DNA of 64,000 nucleotides from Candidatus Bathyarchaeota archaeon (GCA_963845275.1 CAWJRR010000003.1:77634-141633), one strand, 5' to 3'; positions 10,174 to 20,507 are shown, counted from the first letter of the stretch. A program made the numbers and translations. Notes: generated from the sequence alone by a model not told the origin.

Positions 10174-10377
10174 TCTTCGTCGACACCTTCCTCTCTCACT
10201 AATCCAGGGGCTTGTTCTGTAGAGAACTCGAACTCTGACAACGAATACTCTACGATAATTGACTACCTCTAGTCACTTAAATCCATAAATCGGATCGTAA
10301 GATAGTATTAGTCAGCTCGACTGGTTCAAGGTAATATGCTTAACTCGTCGATCCGAGTAGTCAATCGTGATTAAGAC

Positions 10378-10644
10378 ATGAGTCAAGAATCTGAACCGCA
10401 GAAGAGTTTGAAGAAGTTAACTTGGCAATACGAGAATTGCCTCGCCTGTGTGTGGTTCTTCCCGAACGACCCAATCAACGCTGACATACTGGAACGTGGA
10501 ATTTGCGGTCATCCCAAACTAAAACCCTACAGCCTCATCGTCTCAGGACGCGACTGGTGCAACTTGTTCAGCGAGATAAAGCAGAAGCAGATTGACAGCC
10601 GACAAGAAATGGCAATGAAAAAGGAAGAATCAAAGAAAACCTGA
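10378..10644 (+). CDS. Small cysteine-containing hypothetical protein.
   Basis: 88-aa ORF in an otherwise empty interval. No recognisable motif. Confidence 0.25.
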   Translation: MSQESEPQKSLKKLTWQYENCLACVWFFPNDPINADILERGICGHPKLKPYSLIVSGRDWCNLFSEIKQKQIDSRQEMAMKKEESKKT

Positions 10645-10816
10645 CTGAAACCCGTACAAGATGCGAAGGGATTCCAATAGTCCCTTTATCCCCTTCACCT
10701 CAGGAACCCTAAGTGAACGCCGCGATTGACAGTCAAAGACCATACTCACGAGTTTTGCGTACCAAAATGTTTTTCACGCAAGTTTCCCATGTCGATGTAG
10801 GAAAGATCTTTAGATC

Positions 10817-11194
10817 ATGATCTATCTCGACGTGATTCCGCCGTTCGAGATGATGCTCTACTTATTGATTGTAGTTCTCTTTCTTGTTACGGGTTTCCTT
10901 AACCTGAAAGATCTCAAGAAGATGAGACGGGATAAGTGGACGCGACAGGATTCAGCAGCTCTCATCCTCAGAATCCTCTTCTATGCATTTCTCCTGAACT
11001 TCCTACTGACATTAGCGATAGACGCTGGAATTCTACTATTTACGGCCTTAAGGTCCCTAGCATCGTTACAGCTCGTCCTACCATTGACTCTTACGTCGCT
11101 TCAGCTCTCGTTTGCTGTACTGCTAGTGACTGCTGTCACGTACGGCTTAGCAAAATGGAAGGATTGGTACGATCTCGTTGACGCAGAATACTGA
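10817..11194 (+). CDS. Small membrane protein with about 3 TM helices; its 3' end overlaps the start of the AAA-Lon gene.
   Basis: 125 aa, hydrophobic helices. A 17-nt overlap with the downstream gene suggests co-translation. Confidence 0.4.
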   Translation: MIYLDVIPPFEMMLYLLIVVLFLVTGFLNLKDLKKMRRDKWTRQDSAALILRILFYAFLLNFLLTLAIDAGILLFTALRSLASLQLVLPLTLTSLQLSFAVLLVTAVTYGLAKWKDWYDLVDAEY

Positions 11195-13889
11195 ACCGAC
11201 TCAAGAGTTCAAGTATTGGTGGGTTCAGCGACCTATTGCGAGAAAGCTCCTATGCGTTCCGCTCTACTTCACAACTAGGACCTATCGGTTGTGGCGTAAC
11301 GCAAGACTTACACCGAGAAAGCTTCGAAGGCTGATGCGGGCAATCGATGAGAAGTTCCCGACGACGCACAAGCAGCTCATTGGAAGAGATGATGAATATC
11401 AGCAGGTAATGTCAAGCATTGGTTTTCATGTTGTCAGAGATCGATACGTACTCGATGTTTTCCGAAATGCTCCACCTCCTAAATTCTTCATCTTGAGAGG
11501 CTCAAGCGGAACTGGAAAATCGATACTTGCTCAGGTTTGCATCAGGGAGGGAGTTGTCCATGGGATAATGAACGGAGTGAACGTTCAACCCATGTCGGTA
11601 AGGGGTGCTGATGTTTTCGATCCGTTCTACGGCCAGTCGGCTAGGAACCTGGCACATATCTTCGATCAAGGTTTCAAAACACCAACCATCCTGTTCATCG
11701 ACGAGTTTGAGAGTTTCGGAAAGAAAGTTGACAAGAGTGCCTCGCCGCTAGTACAGTCTGAAGACGTACGTGTTCAGAGCATATTCATCAGTAGTTTAAC
11801 GAGGGTACTCGACACGAAAGTCAGAACGGTAGTGATAGTGGCCACGAACGTGTTTGAGTCGATTAGGGAAGATGTGAGGAGGCGTGGCTTTGTCATAGAT
11901 CTGGATCAAAACGTGAACCGCGAGATGCTTCTGGCAATTCTCACGTCCGAGCTTGCAAACTTTGGATGGAACTACCTCGATCCTGAACAGGTCATGACAG
12001 CTCTTGAAAGAGCCGTAAGCGTTTACAGACAGACGCAACTGACGCCTTTCGACGTTATTGACGCATGCTACAAGGTTAGGAATAAGAAGATAGAACCTCT
12101 GCGGCGGAGTCTCTTTTTGAAGTTTGAAGAGCGCAGCAAGACTCCAAAGGGTTTCACTGTTACGCTCGAAGACTTTGAGCTTGCAGCCAGAGAACTCAGA
12201 GGCTACGTAGAGACCGAGAAGAGCAGTGAAGTCATAAGCTCTATTCTCAAGATTAAACCGTCCATAACCTACGATGATGTTGGCGGCCTATTTGGCGTGA
12301 AGGAGAGGATCTTCAAAGCTATCTCTCTAAGCCTTCGACCCGACTTGGTGAATAAGCTTGGATGGATACCGCCTAAAGGCTTCATACTTTGGGGTGAACC
12401 TGGGTGTGGAAAGACACACATCTCCAAAGCCATAGCCAGAGAGAACGGAGCCTCATTCTTCTATGCTCCAGCCGCCCAACTACTGATAAATGCCAAGTGG
12501 GTTGGCGAACCAGAAAAGAACGTTAAAGACCTTTTCGCCATCGCCAGAAAGGTCGCTCCAAGCGTAGTATTCTTCGACGAATTCGACATAATCGCCGGTA
12601 AGAGAAGAGGCGACCCAGTTGGAGACAAGATAACAGCGCAAATACTCACTGAACTCGACGGCCTTCAACCCCTAGAGAACGTAATCGTTATCGCAGCAAC
12701 GAACAAGCCCGAGATGGTCGATGAAGCGATTCTCAATCGGGTCGAGCCAAACATCCTCGAGATACCTCTCCCAAAGAACGATGAGGAAAGAAATGACATT
12801 ATCGCCATTCACCTCAAACAAAATGCGGCGCACCTACATCCAGAAGTAACGACCAAAAAAGTCTTGAACATCATTAAGCAACATCGAATTGTATCACCGA
12901 GAGTGATGGCTGAAATCATACGAGAGGCCAACCGACTAAGATCTCAAGAGATAATAGCCGCCTGGGAAACCCACAAAGGAGACGAAGAACACCGACAACG
13001 CGCAGCAAAGATGTTCAGAGAAGACCTCGAAAGACTCCGAGAAATCTTGGACATGCACCGCAAAACGGGCGAAACCCCAACTTCTGAAGAAGAAGTACTC
13101 ACTGACAACTACAAGATCCGACTATACCATTTCGAGAAAGCAGCACTACAGCTCGAACAAGATCTCGACAAAGAATTGATAGAAGCACAAGAAAGCCTAA
13201 TGGTAGAAACACTTCAGAGGGGCGTCGCATATGGGATCGCAACAGATCCTCAAGGAAGACGCGGTATCGTACTATTGACAGAGTGCAGTGTCAACAAACA
13301 AGGCACCGGCAAGGTCAGAGTGACAGGAGCAGCTAAGGCAGCGGTCCTTGGACCTGCAACAGCCGTGGAGGACGTGAGCGTCGTGGAGAGTGCAAGAAAT
13401 GTTATCGAGTACATTCGCAGCTACCTCCGTGAAAAACTGAAACTCGACATATCCAAGTACGATTTCACCTTTCAAGTCATAAGTCCGCTCGAAGGCGCTG
13501 CAGGCATGGGAGTAAGCGGTCCAAGCCTAGGAGCAGCCTTCAGTGTAGCAGCCATATCCGAACTATCAGGACTTGGTGTTAGCGCGACGGTTGTGATGAC
13601 AGGGAAAGGTGACATCAAAGGAAACGTTGGCCCCGTAGGCGGAGTCGGCTGGAGAGGAGCAGGCAAATTCCTTGCAGCAACCCAGACAAAGAAGATAAAA
13701 ATACAGAAATTCTTGCTACCCCAATGGAACTATGAAAAGTCGGCAGACGAATGGCAGGTACTCCAAGACAAGAACATAACTGTAATACCCGTGAAGTCCC
13801 AGATTGAAGTCTGGGAACACGCATTAGGAGTAGATAACGAACAAATAACTCGAAGACTCGAACTCGCGCTTAACAGCGACGTAGAGTAG
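11178..13889 (+). CDS. Tandem AAA+ ATPase (CDC48/FtsH-type D1 and D2 modules) fused to a C-terminal Lon-type (S16) protease domain.
   Basis: First module: Walker A GSSGTGKS, Walker B ILFIDEFE. Second, canonical AAA module: GEPGCGKT, VVFFDEFD, and the SRH region IAATNKPEMVDEAILNR. C-terminus: Lon_C-like VSGPSLGAAF...TGKGDIKGNVGPVGGV...GKFLAATQ, with candidate catalytic Ser and Lys. Confidence 0.8.
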   Translation: MTQNTEPTQEFKYWWVQRPIARKLLCVPLYFTTRTYRLWRNARLTPRKLRRLMRAIDEKFPTTHKQLIGRDDEYQQVMSSIGFHVVRDRYVLDVFRNAPPPKFFILRGSSGTGKSILAQVCIREGVVHGIMNGVNVQPMSVRGADVFDPFYGQSARNLAHIFDQGFKTPTILFIDEFESFGKKVDKSASPLVQSEDVRVQSIFISSLTRVLDTKVRTVVIVATNVFESIREDVRRRGFVIDLDQNVNREMLLAILTSELANFGWNYLDPEQVMTALERAVSVYRQTQLTPFDVIDACYKVRNKKIEPLRRSLFLKFEERSKTPKGFTVTLEDFELAARELRGYVETEKSSEVISSILKIKPSITYDDVGGLFGVKERIFKAISLSLRPDLVNKLGWIPPKGFILWGEPGCGKTHISKAIARENGASFFYAPAAQLLINAKWVGEPEKNVKDLFAIARKVAPSVVFFDEFDIIAGKRRGDPVGDKITAQILTELDGLQPLENVIVIAATNKPEMVDEAILNRVEPNILEIPLPKNDEERNDIIAIHLKQNAAHLHPEVTTKKVLNIIKQHRIVSPRVMAEIIREANRLRSQEIIAAWETHKGDEEHRQRAAKMFREDLERLREILDMHRKTGETPTSEEEVLTDNYKIRLYHFEKAALQLEQDLDKELIEAQESLMVETLQRGVAYGIATDPQGRRGIVLLTECSVNKQGTGKVRVTGAAKAAVLGPATAVEDVSVVESARNVIEYIRSYLREKLKLDISKYDFTFQVISPLEGAAGMGVSGPSLGAAFSVAAISELSGLGVSATVVMTGKGDIKGNVGPVGGVGWRGAGKFLAATQTKKIKIQKFLLPQWNYEKSADEWQVLQDKNITVIPVKSQIEVWEHALGVDNEQITRRLELALNSDVE

Positions 13890-13937
13890 AGGCTTGAGCT
13901 TCAACTAATCGTAGCTTACGACTGCAAGTCTTACCAA

Positions 13938-14309
13938 TCAATTGTTATTAATTTTCAGGCGCTTCGCGATCAAACCATCAATACTCAGCGAGGGACTTCC
14001 GTTTAGAAGCAACACCAATGACGCACTCAACAGCAAAGCATGCACCAACCCTTGCCCGATGTTCCCACTCAAAAGAAGAGGAGTATCGATTATCGCGAAC
14101 TCTATTACTCCCCACACAGCCGCTAACCGCGTCATAAACCCCAAGATGAACGAAATTGCCGCGAGAGTCTCGAGTAGAGTGAAAAAATAGGTTAACGGCA
14201 CCACCATGCCCACACCAAACAGATTCCGAACCAGACCGTTCGCTTCTGGGGACTGAGACACTAACGCTGCCCATCGTGGAATATCGGAATGTAACCAGAA
14301 AGCAGCCAC
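13938..14309 (-). CDS. DoxX-like small membrane protein (tentative); GTG start.
   Basis: 123 aa, 3-4 hydrophobic helices. The reading frame is open further upstream but has no ATG. Confidence 0.3.
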   Translation of the reverse strand: MAAFWLHSDIPRWAALVSQSPEANGLVRNLFGVGMVVPLTYFFTLLETLAAISFILGFMTRLAAVWGVIEFAIIDTPLLLSGNIGQGLVHALLLSASLVLLLNGSPSLSIDGLIAKRLKINNN

Positions 14310-14530
14310 GACAACTCTCAGCGGAACAAACGCGTAACCGCCCCAACCCTCAGCATCAGCAAAAAGAAAAGCTGCAAACTTTGAACCAGTCAGATCAAAA
14401 ACACCTTATTCGTAAATGGCCGCTAGTGGATTCAGATATGTCTATCCCTCAGCGGTCTTAACATCACAGTCGAAAACTCTAGCGCTTACGTCTAGTAGGG
14501 TGAGCCAACCGATTTTGGAGTTTCATGGTT

Positions 14531-15091
14531 TTAGTTCGATCTCAATAGGTCAGCGGTCTCGACCACCTTTGCGAACTCTCCATTCAGACTCGATAAACCG
14601 ACAGCGTGCACCTCTTCTGCGTCAAAATGTCTCCCATCAGACCCAACACGATCAAAAGTGGCTGTCGCATCGGAGACCACGTACGTCTCGAAACCGAGAT
14701 CCCCTGCCATACGAGCCGTTGTCGAGACGCAATGATCTGTCTCGAGACCAACTATGACAACCGAACCAATCCCACGATTGCGAAGCTGCTTCTCCAAATC
14801 CGTCCCTATGAAGGCGCTGCTAACATTCTTCTGGATGACAGGCTCTGCGGCTCTCGGCGCTACGACTCCCTTGATCGGATGCCCACTTGAACCGGGAGCA
14901 AAAGGTGAATCCTTGAATCGCGAGCTATGCTGAATATGGAAGATTGGACGGCTTGCAGTGCGCCAGACTTCAAGAAGCTTGGCGATATTAGCTTCCGCGT
15001 TCTGGTTATTTCTCTTGCCCAAGCGGGGATCGTCCATACCCTTCTGCACATCGACTATTATGAGCGCGGTGTTCTGGGGTAGATGAATCAC
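14531..15091 (-). CDS. Isochorismatase-family cysteine hydrolase.
   Basis: ALIIVDVQKG and VVIVGLETDHCVSTTARMAGDLGF. The catalytic D/K/C triad pattern of the isochorismatase/YcaC family is present. Confidence 0.85.
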   Translation of the reverse strand: MIHLPQNTALIIVDVQKGMDDPRLGKRNNQNAEANIAKLLEVWRTASRPIFHIQHSSRFKDSPFAPGSSGHPIKGVVAPRAAEPVIQKNVSSAFIGTDLEKQLRNRGIGSVVIVGLETDHCVSTTARMAGDLGFETYVVSDATATFDRVGSDGRHFDAEEVHAVGLSSLNGEFAKVVETADLLRSN

Positions 15092-15391
15092 GAGGCTGTC
15101 ACCCTCTGTCTCGCTTCTCTGCGCTTCTTTTCCAAGAGGAATCCGAAAAGTCGGCTAACCAAAACCACTCAGCTCCCAAATAGAACCTCTGTCTCTTTAT
15201 GAAAATCTTTGCTCTAAGTGATCGTTACTGAGACTGAAAGATAGCTGGGTGTCCGTCTGGGAGGGGTCCGCAGTCATTAACTAGCTACACTGCGGCACAT
15301 TACCATCGTCTTTAAGACGTTAGGTCCTGTGTTACGGATCATGCTTGGAAAACGAATCTATCCTCACTTCCGCCAGTTTCTACTAACAACT

Positions 15392-16207
15392 CTATGCTCG
15401 TAGTTGGGCTCCGCAGCTTGTGCAGAAGCGCTTCCTTGCATTCACGGTTGCTCCACACCGTCCACACGTGCGTGTTCTTGCCGGAGATGGAGTCGCAGTC
15501 AGCATACTCGCTTGCTTCCCGCAGTTGAGGCAAAAAGCGTCTGACGCGTCCATTTCTGCTCCGCAGAATCTGCAGGTCTTCCCCACTGTTTTACTATCGG
15601 TGGGAAGAGCTGGTTTTGTTATTTGGCGGGTTTCGAGAATCGGAATGCTTCGTTGCGTCAATCGTAACGTGCCCTGTGGTTGACTAGGAACCCACCACCC
15701 ATCTCCCTGAACGTACCATTTCGAAGTATTAACACCGATAGACCAGTATTTTCCTTGTTCATCAACCATCAGTAGGTCTTGAACGGTTGTCACGTACGCA
15801 CTCTCATCCTGATCACGAATTTTGCTGAGGTTGCTCGCTATTACTTGTGGCGTGTACCTTCGCTGATCTGTCTCATTTGATGGTTTCGCGATCGCTTCAA
15901 TCTTAGACCCACACTTGGCGCAGTACTTGGTGCGTCTTCCTGAGATTGCACCACAGCTACCGCAACGGATACTGGTGATTGGACTCATAGACGAACTCGG
16001 AGCGGACTGAATCTGTTGGGTCGCTTGTGGAAGCGAACTCTTCTTAAGAACGGTTCCCTGTGCGCGTTTTTTGGAGCTCCTGTTCAAGAAGATGCCTAGA
16101 ACGAAGCAGCCGATGGTTGTGACGATGACGTTCCCGGTTATGAAGTTGAGGACGATTCCAACAAGAACCAGCAAAACGGAACTAGCGATCCGGTTAATCG
16201 TCTTCAC
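15392..16207 (-). CDS. Membrane-anchored protein carrying three zinc-ribbon (CxxC-x-CxxC) modules.
   Basis: An N-terminal TM helix. Then CGSCG..CAKCG, CRFCG..CLNCG and CGRCG..CTSCG. Confidence 0.5.
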   Translation of the reverse strand: MKTINRIASSVLLVLVGIVLNFITGNVIVTTIGCFVLGIFLNRSSKKRAQGTVLKKSSLPQATQQIQSAPSSSMSPITSIRCGSCGAISGRRTKYCAKCGSKIEAIAKPSNETDQRRYTPQVIASNLSKIRDQDESAYVTTVQDLLMVDEQGKYWSIGVNTSKWYVQGDGWWVPSQPQGTLRLTQRSIPILETRQITKPALPTDSKTVGKTCRFCGAEMDASDAFCLNCGKQASMLTATPSPARTRTCGRCGATVNARKRFCTSCGAQLRA

Positions 16208-17819
16208 GCTCCAAAACGATCCTCACCAATTTCGCTTCCCCTTTATCTCCAATTCCTGTGACCAATGGGTGCACCTTCATCCCCTCAGTTGCGCTGTCCT
16301 GCGGTCCGTGTTGTGTGATCGATTTCATTTTTTCAATTGCCGCTCGCTTTTGTATCTCTAGCTGCTTCAATTCGTTCGTCAATGCTTGTTGTTGTTGTCC
16401 TATCTGGTCAAGTTTAACGGCGGGTCTCTGCCACCAGGATTGAGCACTCGTTGGTTTTGTGGCATACGTGGGCTGATCACCAACCAACGCGCGTTCCAGG
16501 CCCCTGCTCGCGACGTCGGCAGGCCTGTTTGAAAGGTTGTCCTTGGGCTCCGGCGGGGGAGTTTGAGAGTCGGATGCACCTTCGCGCCCGGTAAGTTGAT
16601 TTACTTTTTGGGTGAAGTCTTGCTGTGCCTTCAGTTCTTCCGTTAATGCCTGCTGGCCCTCTGGAGTACTATACCATTTGCTAAGTATATTTTGTTGGGT
16701 CTGCGAGTCCGTTAGGGCTCCACCAAGTCCCTTCTCCGGATTCGTTATCAGTCCAGGGTCTGGTTTATGATAAGTCTGCGCGATTTGGTTTAGAGTGTTC
16801 TGATACTGTTGATATGCGTCCGTAAGTTGAGCGGTTCCTGCGATGAACCTTCCGCCTATGTTACCCTCTGATACCTTCAATTTGTTGACCTCTCCCTGGA
16901 GAGAGTTCAATTGGTCCCAGATCTGGCTTGCGCGCTGATTTACCGCGCCGAGCGTTAGCTGGGCAGTTTGGTACTCGGTTGCGTCTTTCTGCGTCATCGT
17001 AACTTCACCGTTCGGGGTAGTCTGTGACACGGGCTGTTCATCGGGGTTGAGATCAACCTGGCCTGAACCTCCTCGTGCCTTATCCGCCTGGTTCAGGTCA
17101 TTTTGGATATCCCCTGGAGATCGGTTATGTTGGATTCCCCATTGGATGGTTTGCTTCACTTGGTCCTGAGTGAGGGTGCTGTTTCCATAAAGGGATGAAC
17201 CGTCTGGCGGTTGTACAGGCGGTGTCTCTGGCGGTTGTACAGGCGGGGCAGCAGCTGTTGAAGCTGGCGAAGTATCAGGTGATGGTTCACCTGTGCTGGC
17301 TTGTCCAGATGGAGAGGGCATACCATGAGAATCGGCTATGGCGTTACGAGTGCAAATATCAGCTGCGGTGTAGGCGAGAGCGCTTGCTCCAGCTCCAGCG
17401 ACGCCTGCAACGGCTCCCTGCGCGGTCGTGGTTACGGCATTTTTGAGTGCTATGGAGATAGCTGACGAGATGCAGGCAGCCGGGTCTGGAAGCAGAGAAC
17501 TGCAATCGCAGCAGTCACTCCCACTTGAAGATTGGAGGACACGGAATGCGAAGGTCATTGCCACTGGGAGCATTGAATAGGCGAAGGGTCGTAGTTCGAT
17601 AAGTTCAGGATTCGTGATCGTCTTCCGCACTTTAGCCCAAAGGCCTTCCGTGACAGTATACCTGATCGTTCTTTGGAATCGTCGAAGCTTCACCTTGAGA
17701 ATGTTCTCCCGTATACGCAGCAAGCTTTGGCCCACGCAAGCTGCGAGAAATTGCTCCGAATTCCTAGATGATTCACCGGAAGAAGATAGATGATCGAATA
17801 CGTTGAAGCAGACCTTCAC
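16194..17819 (-). CDS. Large low-complexity (Q/T/P-rich) hypothetical protein; the 5' boundary is uncertain.
   Basis: 541-aa ORF. It contains the tandem repeat PPVQPPETPPVQPPDG and long Q/N-rich coiled-coil-like stretches. A 14-nt overlap with the Zn-ribbon gene. Confidence 0.4.
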   Translation of the reverse strand: MKVCFNVFDHLSSSGESSRNSEQFLAACVGQSLLRIRENILKVKLRRFQRTIRYTVTEGLWAKVRKTITNPELIELRPFAYSMLPVAMTFAFRVLQSSSGSDCCDCSSLLPDPAACISSAISIALKNAVTTTAQGAVAGVAGAGASALAYTAADICTRNAIADSHGMPSPSGQASTGEPSPDTSPASTAAAPPVQPPETPPVQPPDGSSLYGNSTLTQDQVKQTIQWGIQHNRSPGDIQNDLNQADKARGGSGQVDLNPDEQPVSQTTPNGEVTMTQKDATEYQTAQLTLGAVNQRASQIWDQLNSLQGEVNKLKVSEGNIGGRFIAGTAQLTDAYQQYQNTLNQIAQTYHKPDPGLITNPEKGLGGALTDSQTQQNILSKWYSTPEGQQALTEELKAQQDFTQKVNQLTGREGASDSQTPPPEPKDNLSNRPADVASRGLERALVGDQPTYATKPTSAQSWWQRPAVKLDQIGQQQQALTNELKQLEIQKRAAIEKMKSITQHGPQDSATEGMKVHPLVTGIGDKGEAKLVRIVLEREDD

Positions 17820-18024
17820 TCTTATCCTTCTGAAAGTCTACGTACCCGTCGAGCAGGTAAGCTATGCGCCAACATGTCGGCCGACTTCCGCGAGGTGACC
17901 CGCGTTACCCGGTGCACCTGCCAATGTAGCGGTGTGAGAGAAGATCTTAGAGTACATCTCCTCCGTCGTTCCAGAATAGTACGCTAATTCTCTACTGGCC
18001 ACGGCTTCGCGTCTATGCTGCTCC

Positions 18025-18450
18025 TCAACTAAGCTCGTAGAGGGAGGGAAGTTTTAGTCCGAGTTTGCGAAGCGCCTGTTCGGCTTCCCTGATCTTTGAC
18101 CGCCAGACTGCCAGTTGAACTTTAGATTGAATAGAAGGAGCGTCGTGCAAGTTGTCGATAAGGCCGACTCCGGCAACTAACACTGAGACGGCGGCTGGAT
18201 ACTCGAACTCTGGCATGCAAAATGAATCTCTAGACCAGGGTCGACACCGTTCAGGCCGCGTTAGGGTTCCGCATGGGATTTGACTTCGCTGGCCGGCTAG
18301 GAGGAGCGATAGGTAAACTGAATCGTTTGTGAGCATCAGACGTGATGCTCTACCGAACTTTGAGGCAAGCGCGTTGCAGACATTACAGGAATAGAAACTT
18401 CTCTTATCTCTCTCAAGACCACAGGAATTAAGGTCTAGTAAACCAAACAT
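18025..18450 (-). CDS. Cysteine-containing hypothetical protein.
   Basis: 141 aa. LNSCGL...CNVCNAL. No confident family. Confidence 0.3.
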   Translation of the reverse strand: MFGLLDLNSCGLERDKRSFYSCNVCNALASKFGRASRLMLTNDSVYLSLLLAGQRSQIPCGTLTRPERCRPWSRDSFCMPEFEYPAAVSVLVAGVGLIDNLHDAPSIQSKVQLAVWRSKIREAEQALRKLGLKLPSLYELS

Positions 18451-18575
18451 GCCATATTCACTTCATTCTCAATACTCGTGATTCAGTACACCCAACGAAG
18501 GCAGCGAAGCAACATGCTGCACGCTGACAGGCAAGACGAACGCCTTCACTTCCAATATTCGCTGTCCGCATCATG

Positions 18576-19364
18576 TCAACCATCCTCCGTGCTAGCGCCG
18601 CATTCGGGACAGAACGTGGCGTCGATCGGAATTGGCTTTCCGCAGTCGCCGCAGAATTTCCCGCTGATAGGTAAAGCCTGCTTCTCTGCGACTGTGGCAG
18701 TTCCCGTCTTTTTGCTAGAGCGGTGCCGGAGTGCAAGAAAAGCCGAGGCGAGAACCAACACGAGAAGGATGACGTACAATCCGTACTGTTGAACAGGCTG
18801 CGTGACTGGAACCTCAGTTACGACCGGTACGAATACGGTGGTGACGGCTTGGGAGATATACGCGTAATCTACGTTAACACTGGCTGAGTTGGTTGGCGAA
18901 AAGTTCAGGAGAAGCAGATAGTAATCCCCGGTGGACGATGCGATCATGTCGATGTAGCCCTTGGACACGTCCTCCCGACTATACTGCACGCTGCTTCCAA
19001 TAGCACAGCTGGGCGCTGCCGCCCACGTCTGATAATCACTTGCAGTCATGATGTAGAATGAGATTGGAATATTCGACGTGACGTCAACGGAGATGGTATC
19101 ACCCTTAGTTATCTTGAACGGCCCATACGGTTGGTCCATACACGCGTACGTTCCCCCCGTCGGCTGAATGACGAACATGGTGGTGTACGCGGCCGTGTAA
19201 AACATGGTTGAGAGGCCTTGCGTTGTTCCTATCGTAGTTAATGTTAGAGACTGGCCTACACCAGCCGGCATCCCGAGCAGTGCAAACAAGGCAACCAACA
19301 GGAGCAGGGATGAAACCAGTTCTCTGCCCGACAAACAGCCTAACCACTTACACTGATCACCCAC
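18576..19364 (-). CDS. Surface protein: signal peptide, extracellular domain, TM anchor, and a cytoplasmic C-terminal zinc ribbon.
   Basis: C-terminus ...LVLVLASAFLALRHRSSKK...GKFCGDCGKPIPIDATFCPECGAS. The true start is probably an internal Met (MPAGV...). Confidence 0.5.
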   Translation of the reverse strand: MGDQCKWLGCLSGRELVSSLLLLVALFALLGMPAGVGQSLTLTTIGTTQGLSTMFYTAAYTTMFVIQPTGGTYACMDQPYGPFKITKGDTISVDVTSNIPISFYIMTASDYQTWAAAPSCAIGSSVQYSREDVSKGYIDMIASSTGDYYLLLLNFSPTNSASVNVDYAYISQAVTTVFVPVVTEVPVTQPVQQYGLYVILLVLVLASAFLALRHRSSKKTGTATVAEKQALPISGKFCGDCGKPIPIDATFCPECGASTEDG

Positions 19365-19939
19365 AATATTACTGGCTTTAGCAATAAAATTTCGCTATTC
19401 ATAGGGACGAAACATGACTCTCGGAATCCTAACGCAGGTTTGCATTCGTCAAAAACATTTCTTGATTCATGATGATGAAGGATTCAGATCGAACGCTTGC
19501 TCAACAATCCCCGAGATTTGAGACCTTAAACCGACATCAAATTTAGCACTTAATCACTCAAACGATTTTTCGCCGACTATTAGTATACTATTATAGCTCG
19601 GCAAATAAGTCGTGGGTGTCGATGTCGATTTAAGGCCTTAATTCGTTGTCGATTTAAGCTACCCCCGCGAGCAACGAAATTTGAACCGTCGTAGTTCGTC
19701 ATAAAAGTGTGTGTGCACACCACTGGACCCATACTCTTGACGTGTAAGGTCAGCGCTCTCGTATTCATCGAAATGACGTTCACAACCCTGTTCGTTGATG
19801 TATCACCGTGGCACGCTTCCAAGATCCATACGGAATCCTTTGAACATTCGAGATACGTAAATGGAAAATGCGTCTGGTTGAGAATGAAAATAGGGAAACC
19901 TAAACTCACAGAACGTACGAGAGTAATAATCACAGATGT

Positions 19940-20507
19940 TTGAGTCTGTTGAGATATTTTTCTTGTGTGATGCTCATGCGAAGCAAATACCTGCTAGTTT
20001 TGGGATTGATCTCGATAAGTCTTCTGCCTGCCCAGTTAGCTGCCGGTCAGACTTGCGGTCTAAATTATCAATTACTTACAAACTCGGGCACCGTGTACGG
20101 CTTAGTTGGAATGGAGGAGTTTGGAGAGTATTCAGAACCAAACAAACGTAATAATTACGGGAAAGCTGCTTCCCTACAATTCGTCAGACTTCATAAATCC
20201 AACGCCAAAATATGGTGGCACAATTATTGTCCTTCTTCTCGAGTCAACTGTGACTACACAGCCCTGGTATAGCGTAACCGTAATTGAAGCAGCGAGCTCA
20301 ACTTGGACGACGACTCAGGCAAACAATCCCGCACCAACATCCCAGATCATAACCATGGCGGGAATATGTGTCACTCATTACGGAAATTGTGCTCAACCTC
20401 TCATGACAAGTTCATGGTGGAATGGAAACGCAGTAGCAGTAGTGTTTGGCGTCACTATTCTAGTTGCAATTTTCTTCGTCCTCTCTAAGACGAAGCGAAG
20501 AGAATAG
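19940..20507 (+). pseudogene. Secreted anchored protein split over two frames (signal-peptide half and TM-anchor half).
   Basis: The ORF 19940-20272 carries the signal peptide. The ORF 20106-20507, in another frame, carries the glycosylated domain and C-terminal anchor ...ILVAIFFVLSKTKRRE. The two overlap by 167 nt. Confidence 0.4.

Noticed and set aside
15140-15340. Possible small RNA in the 300-bp gap (GTGATCG…CTGA…CTGA).
   Set aside because: The C box is not RUGAUGA and there is no C'/D' pair. Insufficient structure to call.
19455-19535. Possible C/D-box sRNA (ATGATGA at 19462).
   Set aside because: No matching CUGA D box or terminal complementarity at the expected spacing.
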